Assembly (NCBI GenBank): GCA_963816145.1
Contig: CAWFJP010000031.1
Span: 64,001 to 128,000, forward strand
Direction: 5' to 3'
Length of the DNA stretch: 64,000 nucleotides
From: an uncultured delta proteobacterium
GTDB lineage: Bacteria > Desulfobacterota > Binatia > UBA9968
The notes beneath the pieces are model-generated. The model saw only the letters and a program-made list of their open reading frames with translations. It ran no database searches and was not told where the DNA came from. The position numbers were made by a program, and so were the translations under genes. Shown piece by piece: positions 55,291 through 64,000 of the stretch (positions are counted from its first letter, which is position 1; each line of letters begins with the position of its first letter).

Positions 55291-55872
55291 TCAGACGCTT
55301 TGCTGAAAGTCTGCCGAGGTGGCGAGGGTAGCCAAATGGTCGATGATATGAAGCGAGACTCGATGGGCTTCCTCGGAAAAAGAGGCGCAACAGTCCTCCA
55401 GCACGATCACCCGAAAGTCCGCGTCGGCGGCATGTCGCACGGCCGACTCGACGACAAATTCAGTGGCCACGCCCATTAAGACCACGGTGTCGATGTCCCT
55501 GCTCCTCAGCATGCTCTCGAGAGCGGTTCCGAAGAACGGGTTCATGCGCGGCTTGCGGACGATGGGCTCGTCGCCGACGGGTTTAACCTCATCGGCGATT
55601 TCCAGAAGCTCGGCCACATCCACGCCGGGAGCGGACAGGACGGGGATTCTTATTTTCTGCAAGAATTTATTCCGCGGTGAAAAAAAAGCCGGTTGGTAAT
55701 CGATGACGACGTGGACAACGAGGATAGCCGCATTGCGCGCCGCGTCTAACACGGACTTCGCCGACTGGCCCACATGGCGCTCGCGGAACATGGAGCTTTT
55801 TCGCACGGTGGCTTTTTGAATGTCCATGGACAGCACCGCCGTCTTGGCGCGATCGAGATTTAGATTTGCCAT
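55291..55872 (-). CDS. Isochorismatase family hydrolase
   Basis: LSMDIQ, VRKPRMNPF, GVATEFVVES, VLEDCCA. Confidence 0.88.
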   Translation of the reverse strand: MANLNLDRAKTAVLSMDIQKATVRKSSMFRERHVGQSAKSVLDAARNAAILVVHVVIDYQPAFFSPRNKFLQKIRIPVLSAPGVDVAELLEIADEVKPVGDEPIVRKPRMNPFFGTALESMLRSRDIDTVVLMGVATEFVVESAVRHAADADFRVIVLEDCCASFSEEAHRVSLHIIDHLATLATSADFQQSV

Positions 55873-56133
55873 AGGTCAACCTTCCACTTCGCCTATATCA
55901 GTTCAGATCGAACGCTGGCAAGCGGACCGGCTGACAGCACGGCAATCCAATGGGCGCGGAGCGTCACTCGCCACGATACTTCAAACCGTTCGCAATCAGC
56001 TCGAACGATTTCGCGCACACCCGCGGGACAGCTTCGCAGCCGCGAAATCAGCCGCAAAACAGCCGGCGTTGTCCTTCGAGCGGGTTGACTCGCGGAAGAG
56101 CCGTAGAGTATTTGTTGGCTGGAGCCAGTCACG

Positions 56134-57030
56134 ATGTACCCCCGATCGTTTGAATACTTTGTTGCCGATTCCTTGAAAGAGGCACTCGATATGCTTTCTT
56201 CCGGCGGCGAAGAGGCAAAGCTCTTGGCCGGGGGACAGAGCCTGCTGCCGCTGCTGAAACTTCGCCTCGCGCGCCCGCGTTGGCTGATCGACATCGGCCG
56301 GTTGGGCGGACTCGCCTATATGCAAGAAGATGCAACCGGTTTGCGGATCGGCGCCCTTACGTCGCACCAGAGCGTTTTGGAGTCGCGCTTGATCCAGCAT
56401 AAGTTTCCTCTCATGGCCGATGCCGTCAGGGTGCTCGGCGACAGTCAAGTGAGAAACTGGGGCACCATCGGCGGGGCGTTGGCGGAGGCCGACCCGGCTG
56501 GAGACTGGGGGCCCGTCGCTTTGGCGCTCAAGGCGCGCATTCGCTGCGTCAGCCCGCGCGGCGAGCGCAGCTTCGACGCTGAGTCCTTTTTCGTCGATGC
56601 CTACACGACGCGACTGGATCATGATGAGCTTATCAGCGAGGTGATCTTGCCGACTCCGGCGCCGGATCAAGGGGGCGCCTATGTCAAGCTCGAGCGCCGC
56701 GCCGGCGATTTCGCCGTGGCCAGCGTGGCGGTCCAACTTGCCATGGATGGAGGCAAGGTTTGTCGCGCGGCGAGCATTGCGATGGGCGCCGCGGGATTGA
56801 CGCCGATGCCGGCGCGGGATGCGGCTTCTTTTCTTATCGGAAAGGAAATCCGGCAGGATACGATCCAGGAGGCGGCACGGAGGGTTGCCGCGGCGGCGCA
56901 GCCCATGGAAGATATCCGCGGCTCGCGGGAATACAAGCGCGCCGCGCTGCAATCGATATGCAAACAAGCCATTGCGATCGCGCTCAGGCGCTCCCAGGGC
57001 GAAACCATCGAGGCCGGACATGGCGCTTAA
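56134..57030 (+). CDS. Molybdenum hydroxylase FAD subunit (CoxM/CutM-like)
   Basis: [25 protein letters not shown]. Confidence 0.93.
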   Translation: MYPRSFEYFVADSLKEALDMLSSGGEEAKLLAGGQSLLPLLKLRLARPRWLIDIGRLGGLAYMQEDATGLRIGALTSHQSVLESRLIQHKFPLMADAVRVLGDSQVRNWGTIGGALAEADPAGDWGPVALALKARIRCVSPRGERSFDAESFFVDAYTTRLDHDELISEVILPTPAPDQGGAYVKLERRAGDFAVASVAVQLAMDGGKVCRAASIAMGAAGLTPMPARDAASFLIGKEIRQDTIQEAARRVAAAAQPMEDIRGSREYKRAALQSICKQAIAIALRRSQGETIEAGHGA

Positions 57031-57511
57031 GAAGCGCATCACAGTCAGCGTCAACGGGCAGAGCCACGAGCATGAGGTGGAGCCGCGGCTCCTGTTGGTG
57101 GATTACCTGCGCGACGTGGTTGGACTTAAGGGGACCCACTTCGGTTGTGATACGACGAGCTGCGGCGCGTGCACGATCATCGTCGACGGTCGCAGCACCA
57201 AGTCCTGTACTTTCCTGGCCGTGCAAGCCGATGGCAGAGAAATCCGCACCATCGAGGGTTTGGCGCGGGACGGCGAGTTGCATCCGATTCAAGAGGCCTT
57301 CTGGACGCACCATGCGCTGCAGTGCGGCTTTTGCACCTCGGGCATGGTGATGGCGGCTTATTTTCTGCTCTCGAAAAATGCCAACCCATCCGCAGCCGAG
57401 ATCAAGCAGGGGATTGCCGGCAACCTTTGCCGCTGCACCGGTTATCTGCCGATCGTGGAAGCGGTGCAAGCCGCAGCGGAGAAACTCAGGTCCGGCGGAC
57501 CGACATCATGA
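57020..57511 (+). CDS. Molybdenum hydroxylase 2Fe-2S subunit (CoxS/CutS-like)
   Basis: [25 protein letters not shown]. Confidence 0.95.
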   Translation: MALKKRITVSVNGQSHEHEVEPRLLLVDYLRDVVGLKGTHFGCDTTSCGACTIIVDGRSTKSCTFLAVQADGREIRTIEGLARDGELHPIQEAFWTHHALQCGFCTSGMVMAAYFLLSKNANPSAAEIKQGIAGNLCRCTGYLPIVEAVQAAAEKLRSGGPTS

Positions 57512-59931
57512 GCGACGAGGCGAAATCTACGAAGCTCGTCGGCAGCGCGATCCGGCGCAAGGAAGATCCGGATATTCTGCTCGGAGAAGCGCGCTACACA
57601 CAGGATGTCACGCTGCCGCGGATGCTCCACGCGGCGATCCTGCGCAGCCCCTATGCGCACGCGCGCATCCGCAAGATCAATCTGGATCGCGCTTTGGCGC
57701 TGCCCGGCGTGATAGCCGGTCTCACCGGCGCCGAGCTGCAAAAAATCCCGTACCTCAAACCGCTGGCGCCGTTTCCGTTTCAAAGCCGCGATCCTTTTCA
57801 AAAGGGCAATCCCACCATCAAGTTCTTCGACCACTATTGTCTCGCGACCGATAAGGCCCGCTTCGTCGGCGAGCCGCTGGCGGCGGTGGTTGCCGAGGAC
57901 CGCTATATTGCCGAGGATGCGCTGGAGTTGATCGATGCCGAGTTTGACGAGTTGCCGGCGCTGGTGGATACGGAGACTGCTCTTGCGCCGAACGCTCCTT
58001 GTCTCTACGAGGAGTGGGGCGACAACGTCATGCTCACCTTCCACGTCTCCGGCGGCGATGTCGAGCGGGCGTTTCGCGAAGCGGACCTTGTCATCAAAGA
58101 AGAGATTCGCAGCGGCCGCTTCACCGGCACGCCCATCGAGACTCGAGCCGTGGTCGCCAACTACGAGGCCAATACCCGGATGCTGACCGTCTGGGACACG
58201 ACACAAATCGCCCATCCCATCAGCACGCTGATCGAAAACACTATCGCGCTGCCGCAGCTCAAGGTACGCGTGCTGGCGCCACGCATCGGCGGCGGCTATG
58301 GGCAGAAGTGGTCGTTTTATGCCGAAGAAGTGCTCATTCCGCTGCTGTCGATACTGACTCGCCGGCCGGTCAAATGGGTCGAGACGCGCAGCGAGCATAT
58401 GGTTGGCACCATCCACGCGCGCGAGCAGATTCACAGCATCGAAGCGGCCGTGCGCAACGACGGAACGATCCTGGGCATCAAAGACCGCATCGTCGCCAAT
58501 ATCGGCGCCGCCTATCCGACCGGCGGTCTCGCCTCGATCGTCACCACCGGCATGTTCGTCCCAGGCGCCTATAAAATTGCCAACTACGCAGGAGAAGTGA
58601 TCGGGGTGGTGACCAACAAGACGCCCTATGGGGCCCATCGCGGCTTCGGAAAATCCGAAGCCTGTTTCGTGATCGAGCGTTTCGTCGATCTTATCGCCGC
58701 CAAGCTGGGACTCGATCCCCCTGAAGTGCGCCAGCGAAACTTCATTCCTCCTGACGACTTTCCTTACATTTCCGTGACCGGTCCGCGCTACGACAGCGGC
58801 CAGTATGGGCGGGCGTTGAGCCGAGCCATGGAGCTGGCGGATTACACCGGCTGGCGCGCACAACAGGCCCGATTGCGGGGAGAGGGGCGCGCTATCGGCA
58901 TCGGCACCTGTCTGGTCGTGGAGCCGTCCAGCTCGTCGCGCATGGGATCCTACAACGCGGGTTACTACAGCGTGCGCATGCGCATGGATCCCAACGGCAA
59001 GATCGCAGTGTTCCCGAGCGGCAGCGATGAGGGCCAAGGCCACGCGACCTCGATTTCCCAACTCGTCGGCGACGAGTTGCGCGTGCCTTTCGACGATATT
59101 TTAGTCGTGGAAGGGGATAGTCTCGCCTGCCCTTACGGCTCGGGTTCCTATTCGAGCCGCTTTTCCGTGGTCGGGACGACGGCGGCGACCCTGGCCGCGC
59201 GCCAGCTTAAAGAAAAAATTCTCAGCCTGGCCTCGGTGCTGTTGCGCGTTCCGGCGGCTTCGCTGGAGCTTGGCGAGGGCGAGGTCTTGGTTCGCGACCA
59301 TCCCAAACAAGCCGTAACTCTCAAGGAGATTGCGCGCGCCGCTTACTTCAGTATCTTTCGTTTGCCCGAGGGGATGGAGCCGGGACTGGAATTCATTTTT
59401 CATTATCGCGACCCGAACATCGAGTTTCACGCCGACGAGCGCGGCCGGGTGGCCATGTTCAGCAGCTTTCCCTACGACGCCGAAGTGGCCGTGGTGGAAG
59501 TCGATACCGAGTCGGGGGGGCTTAAAATTCTCAAGTTCGTGTCCGTCCACGACTGCGGCAACATGCTGAATCCTCTCATTGTTCGCGGCCAGCATCTGGG
59601 CGCGCTGGCGCACGGCTTCGGCGGCGCGCTCTACGAAGAGCTTCCCTACGATGACAACGGGCAGCCTCTCGCCACCACCTTCAAGGATTACTTCTTGCCG
59701 ACGGTGATGGAAATGCCCGAGCTGACGATCGATCATCTGGTGACGCCCAATCCATTTACACCCGGCGGATTCAAGGGTGCGGGTGAAACCGGCACCGTCG
59801 GACCGCCGGCGGTGCTCGCCAATGCGGTGGAAGACGCGCTGCGGCCGATGGGTGTCAAAGTTCGCCAAGTGCCGCTCAGCCCGTCCTACCTGTGGTCTTT
59901 AATCGAGCAAACAAAGGTTTCGCAGCCGTGA
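57508..59931 (+). CDS. Xanthine dehydrogenase family molybdopterin subunit (CoxL/CutL-like, not form I CODH)
   Basis: [35 protein letters not shown]. Confidence 0.93.
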   Translation: MSDEAKSTKLVGSAIRRKEDPDILLGEARYTQDVTLPRMLHAAILRSPYAHARIRKINLDRALALPGVIAGLTGAELQKIPYLKPLAPFPFQSRDPFQKGNPTIKFFDHYCLATDKARFVGEPLAAVVAEDRYIAEDALELIDAEFDELPALVDTETALAPNAPCLYEEWGDNVMLTFHVSGGDVERAFREADLVIKEEIRSGRFTGTPIETRAVVANYEANTRMLTVWDTTQIAHPISTLIENTIALPQLKVRVLAPRIGGGYGQKWSFYAEEVLIPLLSILTRRPVKWVETRSEHMVGTIHAREQIHSIEAAVRNDGTILGIKDRIVANIGAAYPTGGLASIVTTGMFVPGAYKIANYAGEVIGVVTNKTPYGAHRGFGKSEACFVIERFVDLIAAKLGLDPPEVRQRNFIPPDDFPYISVTGPRYDSGQYGRALSRAMELADYTGWRAQQARLRGEGRAIGIGTCLVVEPSSSSRMGSYNAGYYSVRMRMDPNGKIAVFPSGSDEGQGHATSISQLVGDELRVPFDDILVVEGDSLACPYGSGSYSSRFSVVGTTAATLAARQLKEKILSLASVLLRVPAASLELGEGEVLVRDHPKQAVTLKEIARAAYFSIFRLPEGMEPGLEFIFHYRDPNIEFHADERGRVAMFSSFPYDAEVAVVEVDTESGGLKILKFVSVHDCGNMLNPLIVRGQHLGALAHGFGGALYEELPYDDNGQPLATTFKDYFLPTVMEMPELTIDHLVTPNPFTPGGFKGAGETGTVGPPAVLANAVEDALRPMGVKVRQVPLSPSYLWSLIEQTKVSQP

Positions 59932-60139
59932 ACTGCCAAATGATCTGACGGAAAGCTAGATAACCGATTCGATTCTCGAAGGAGGATGAGCCTATGTTTA
60001 TTGACTACGATTCTCACTCCCGGTTAAATTTTTGGCAACGGTGAGCGCCGAATATCCGCATTCGCCGGGGTAAACCATAGGGTCAGTTCAAGCCTTAATG
60101 CATTTGCTCGTCTTCGCTTCGATGACCGGACGACTGAGC

Positions 60140-60305
60140 TTATTGAATCACCTCTTTAAATCTCTTCACGCTTAAACTACTCATATCGATCGTGCTCCTG
60201 CCGTCGATGACTTGCTCGGCAAGCGCCTCGCCAATTGCCGCCGAGTGTATGAATCCATGGCCTGAACACGACGACGCAATCATAATGCGATCGTTATCCG
60301 GGTGA
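60140..60305 (-). pseudogene. 3' fragment of sarcosine oxidase / N-methyltryptophan oxidase (SolA-like)
   Basis: HPDNDRIMIASSCSGHGFIHSAAIGEALAEQVIDG...*. Confidence 0.75.
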
Positions 60306-60306
60306 A

Positions 60307-60730
60307 CCCGATCCGCTGATGCCCGAAGAGATGGAGAAAGCGATCAGGGAAATGCCGCGCGACGCCGAGGTGATCGAGCTGCTAAAAAAACTTTCCGGCG
60401 AGGGCCCGCTTCCGGCGCGATAACCGCAAAGGCCGCCTAGTGCGCCGACCCAAAAGTTCGCTGCATGATTCATCCGTCATTCCGGGCAAGCTGGCGATAA
60501 CTAGCGCGACCCGGAATCCAGGAAAATCGCCAACCTGGATGCCGGCTTTTTCCGCCATGACGATATCAGGCCGTCCGACTTATTTTGCGAACTTCTGGAC
60601 CAGGACACTAGGGAGCATGGCTGCGCGTCACGGCATGAGTAGGATTCTTGCGGTCTTTCTCTCCGCGGCTTGAGTCGGGGATTGGTCCGAGCCCGCTGCA
60701 GCTCGACAAGTTGACGGCCGTGCAAAGGTA
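60307..60730 (+). repeat. Direct repeat copy 2
   Basis: Near-identical to 54095-54518; encodes PDPLMPEEMEKAIREMPRD...GPLPAR*. Confidence 0.95.
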
Positions 60731-60938
60731 TTGAGCCGACCCTCACGGCACTCGCTCCATGTCGATTCTGGTTTCAACGTGATTATTAGACAAGTCGATT
60801 GCAACCGATTGCAACCGGCTTGACAATTCTCAGGGGGAGCGATACAGGCGTCCGGGTATAGATAGCTCGGGCGCGCTGGCCTGACAGTGCATGGCTCAGC
60901 GTCCGAAAGGTCCAGTGACACATAGCAGGAGGTGGACA

Positions 60939-61970
60939 ATGCGATCGTTTCGTCTCCTTTACTTGGGCCTAACCGCCGCACTCGCTGTGCTTCAGTGGCT
61001 TTCTGTCGCTGCCGCCGCGCCGCTGGATGATTTAGTCGCCGCCGCCAAAAAGGACGGCACCGTGAACTTTTACGGGCCGTCCACGTTGAAGAGCGATGGC
61101 GCCCAAGCCCTCGCTCAAGCCTTCAACATAAAATACGGCGCAAACATCAGCGTAAAATTTATTCCCTCCGGATCAATGACCCGCGATGTCGGCAAGGTTG
61201 TGACTCAGGCGGCCACGGGCGCGCCCCCGGAATGGGATGTCATGGTCGCCACCGATGCGCACCATGCGAGCCTTTGGCTGCGCAAGCTTCACAAGCCATT
61301 CGACTACAAATCCTTGGCCGTGGACGAAAAGTTGATCGATCACGACGGCGGTTCGATCTCTTTTGTCCACCAATACATCGTGCCCGCCTACAACAGCAGC
61401 ATGGTTGCCTCGAAGGATGCGCCGAAGAGCTGGGAAGACCTGCTCCAACCAAAGTGGAAGGGCAAGGTGGGCGTGACCACGGCGACGCACCATTTAGCGC
61501 GGCTGGCCCTCGGACCCTGGGGCGAAGAGAAAACCACTGCCTACGTAAAAGCTCTGGCACAGCAGAATCCCGTCGTGGGCGAGTTGGGACCCACCTATAC
61601 TCGGCTCCAACTGGGCGAGATCCTTGTCGCGTTCAGCTTGACCGACAGTTATATCCACCTCGCCAAACAGACGGGGGCTCCTATCGCCGAGGCTGTCGAA
61701 GTAGAAACGGTCATCGCTCCTTCCTATCACGTGGGCGTGCTCAAGGGCGCACAGCATTCCAATGCGGCGCACCTCTTCACGGTCTTTATGACGATGCCGG
61801 AGGCACAACAGGTGTGGGAAAAAACCGTCGGCGTAAGTTCCGCGCTGATTCCCGGAACGGCGTATTATCAGAAAGCCAAGGGTAAACAGATGATCTACAT
61901 GCGTAAGGATCAGTCGGACAAGGTGGAATCGCTGGCGAAGACTTACGGCAAGATGATCGGTCTCCTATAG
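60939..61970 (+). CDS. ABC substrate-binding protein (Fe3+/polyamine type), orphan
   Basis: AGGAGG RBS, signal peptide, APKSWEDLLQPKWKGK, HSNAAHLF. Confidence 0.88.
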   Translation: MRSFRLLYLGLTAALAVLQWLSVAAAAPLDDLVAAAKKDGTVNFYGPSTLKSDGAQALAQAFNIKYGANISVKFIPSGSMTRDVGKVVTQAATGAPPEWDVMVATDAHHASLWLRKLHKPFDYKSLAVDEKLIDHDGGSISFVHQYIVPAYNSSMVASKDAPKSWEDLLQPKWKGKVGVTTATHHLARLALGPWGEEKTTAYVKALAQQNPVVGELGPTYTRLQLGEILVAFSLTDSYIHLAKQTGAPIAEAVEVETVIAPSYHVGVLKGAQHSNAAHLFTVFMTMPEAQQVWEKTVGVSSALIPGTAYYQKAKGKQMIYMRKDQSDKVESLAKTYGKMIGLL

Positions 61971-62010
61971 AGACCGCGCGAGGCGCGATTGCGATAGCTG
62001 CGACGGTCAA

Positions 62011-62250
62011 ATGCCGCGTCGACCTCGTCCATCAACCGGTATTGCGTACCATGTCCTAAACCGGCGCGCCGGTCGGTTACAGTTGTTCGAGAAGCCCGCC
62101 GAGTATTCTGCGTGTGAAAAATTCTCGCTGAAGCCCATCACCGTACGGGCGAAGACTGGATGATCAACATCGCCAAGCAACTTGGGCTTGAAGCGACAAC
62201 GCATTCGCGCGGTCGTCCAAAACCAAAGTACATAGACTCCCGCCCCCCTA
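62011..62250 (+). mobile_element. Internally deleted REP-associated (IS200-like Y1) transposase remnant
   Basis: N-terminal MPRRPR...YHVLNRR...LFEKPAEY joined to C-terminal W...AKQLGLEAT..RGRPK; catalytic core absent. Confidence 0.65.
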
Positions 62251-62347
62251 TCCTTCTTTAGGACCCTGAGCCGCGCTACCGTGCCAAATCGCCGAAAAGG
62301 AAAATTCCTCCGCGAACAAATCAACGGGTCAACAAAGCCGAGTTGAA

Positions 62348-62377
62348 TTGACAGAGTTTTTCACAGGTGCGTATAAC
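62348..62377 (+). promoter_or_regulatory. sigma70 promoter
   Basis: TTGACA-N18-TATAAC upstream of a GGGAGG RBS. Confidence 0.7.
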
Positions 62378-62396
62378 CAGACGGGAGGAACTCGCT

Positions 62397-63374
62397 ATGA
62401 TCCGAGTCGCGGCCGTCATTTGCAACATAGTTTGGCTTCTGGTCTTCTCAACCGGCGTTGGGCGCGGCGCGGAGCGGAGCCGGGAACAGCCGCAAACCAT
62501 CCGGATTGCCTATGTCTCCCCGGTAACCACGATGGCGCCGATCTGGATCGCCAGCGAGACCGGCGCCTATCAGCGCGAGGGCCTGGACGCGCGGATCATC
62601 TACATCGACGCTAGAGTCGCCGTCGCCGCGCTGGTCGCGGGCGAGGTGGACACCATCGTGATCTCGGCGCCGTCCGTGATACCGCCGGTTTTGAGCGGGG
62701 CCAACATCGCTTTTATCGCCGGGCTGCACAACAAGATGATCTTCTCCTTCCACGCGCAACCCGACATCCAGAGCCCGGCCCAACTTCGGGGCAAGATCGT
62801 CGGTTCCAATCGGCCGGGAACACCGGCGGACTACGGCAACCGAGTCGCCCTGACCAAAATGGGCTTGAAGCCCACCGACGTGCAACTCCTGCCTCTGGGC
62901 AGTTCGGGAGTCATGTGGCAGGCGCTGCAAACGCGCCAGGTCGCCGGCGTGACCCTGGCTCCGCCTTACAGCTTTAGAGCGGACGCTGAAAAATTTTCCC
63001 GCCTGATCGATACCTACGACAGACCCTACCAGAACACCGGCGTTGTGGTTCGGCGAGACCGAATCCATTCCATGGCTGATACGTGGCTGCGCTTGCTGAG
63101 AGCCCTGCGCCAGGCCAATCTGCGCTGGTACGAAGATCCCAAGCTCGCCATGTCGGTGCTGAAGAAATACACCCAGCAATCCGACCCCGACGTGCTCCAG
63201 AAAACCTACGATTTCGAGACCAACCCACCGGGCTTTACCAGGGATCTCAAGGTCTCCGACGCCGGCCTTCAAGGCATCCTCGATTTTCTGTCAGCGACCG
63301 TTCGCCCGGAGGCGGCAAAAGCTTCGCCAAAAGATTTCTACGATACAACCATATTGGACCGGCTTGAAAAATAA
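62397..63374 (+). CDS. ABC substrate-binding protein (NMT1/SsuA type), orphan
   Basis: APIWIASETG..REGLD, ALVAGEVD, LRGK.VG, FYDTTILDRLE. Confidence 0.88.
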   Translation: MIRVAAVICNIVWLLVFSTGVGRGAERSREQPQTIRIAYVSPVTTMAPIWIASETGAYQREGLDARIIYIDARVAVAALVAGEVDTIVISAPSVIPPVLSGANIAFIAGLHNKMIFSFHAQPDIQSPAQLRGKIVGSNRPGTPADYGNRVALTKMGLKPTDVQLLPLGSSGVMWQALQTRQVAGVTLAPPYSFRADAEKFSRLIDTYDRPYQNTGVVVRRDRIHSMADTWLRLLRALRQANLRWYEDPKLAMSVLKKYTQQSDPDVLQKTYDFETNPPGFTRDLKVSDAGLQGILDFLSATVRPEAAKASPKDFYDTTILDRLEK

Positions 63375-63857
63375 ACGAGTTAAGATGTTGAGAGCTGGCG
63401 CATCGGGCCGGAATTGCGAGGCAAGAAGGTGCACTTGGCTCCAATTCCGAGTTCTTCGGCCGAGGCTCGGCGCACGAAGCGGGGCGAGATCGCGCGGTAC
63501 TACGGCGTGCGTGGTCCGTTCCTTTCCCTTCACGTGAACTTGCTCGGCAACCGCAGTGAGTTCTCCGCTCCCCTCGAGTTAAGCCTTCGGAAAGAGCGCG
63601 AGGACTACATCGCGGAAGTGTCTGGCGCCGTCGCCGTCGCCAACATTATCGCTTTTGTCAGCGAAGCGATCGATCCAATATCGATTTTCATCGGCCTCAC
63701 GCGGCGTGACCTGATGGCGCAAGCGGTCCGTTACCTCCTCTTCGGTGAGGGCGAGACCGGGCTGGTTGTCTATACTATCCTCCTACGTTACTGGGACTGG
63801 ACGCCTAAAGAAGACGTGCGTCCCCTTATCTTCCTAATGTCCGACTAGCACTCAGGT

Positions 63858-64000
63858 CCCGCAAGCTGCCACTTGCGCAGGCAACGACGTTCGTGTTGGT
63901 GATTCAGCTTGAAGACTGCCAATGAGATCGGTCCAACGATTCCGCCGAACGTGCCCGCGAGAGGCAATAAGGTGATCAGAGAAGCGTCGGCAAAAGCCGG
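63858..64000 (+). pseudogene. Degenerate 3' fragment of an ABC_sub_bind (PF04392-like) gene
   Basis: LPLAQATTFVLVI / KTANEIGPTIPPNVPARGNKVIRE resembles the family terminus [37 protein letters not shown]. Confidence 0.65.

Noticed and set aside
57442-59061. Long antisense ORF (539 aa) and similar shadow ORFs
   Set aside because: They are explained by GC-biased codon usage of the well-supported gene on the opposite strand.
56134-59931. Aerobic CO dehydrogenase
   Set aside because: The large subunit lacks the AYxCSFR Cu-binding motif and no coxDEFG genes are adjacent.
63414-63848. 144-aa ORF as a real gene
   Set aside because: TTG start without a clear RBS, chimeric-looking, and no family recognised. 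It may be gene debris.

Overview
This is a GC-rich bacterial chromosomal window. Gene repertoire and rRNA style suggest a Deltaproteobacteria-like organism, possibly Ca. Binatota (inference, no search run). It has three zones. (1) 0.3-22.9 kb: a DUF58-BatA-vWA set and queC, preceded on the minus strand by a ~15.5 kb co-oriented envelope metal/redox cluster. In transcription order it reads nikR, TonB-dependent receptor, MFS, exbB, exbD, tonB, a His-rich protein, a RAPP-ending DUF2946-like ORF, a BNR propeller, TlpA, three paralogous degenerate Cox11/CtaG-like proteins, an exported methyltransferase, two SCO proteins, DUF4382, VKOR-Trx and a rhodanese. The rhodanese has an in-frame UGA at the catalytic Cys position and is a likely selenoprotein truncated in the ORF track. 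A cytochrome c-SCO pair is divergent from nikR. (2) 23-35 kb: core genes zapB, zapA, candidate 6S RNA, 5-FTHF cyclo-ligase, rny, ymdB and tyrS, then a full 16S-tRNA-Ile-tRNA-Ala-23S-5S operon. (3) 35-64 kb: an accessory patchwork of transporters, hydrolases, TA remnants, a standalone A-PCP and a molybdenum hydroxylase. Its modules are repeatedly bounded by duplicated or orphan gene 3' ends, REP-like palindromes and a RAYT-like transposase remnant. Several single-base frameshifts in homopolymers look like long-read errors.
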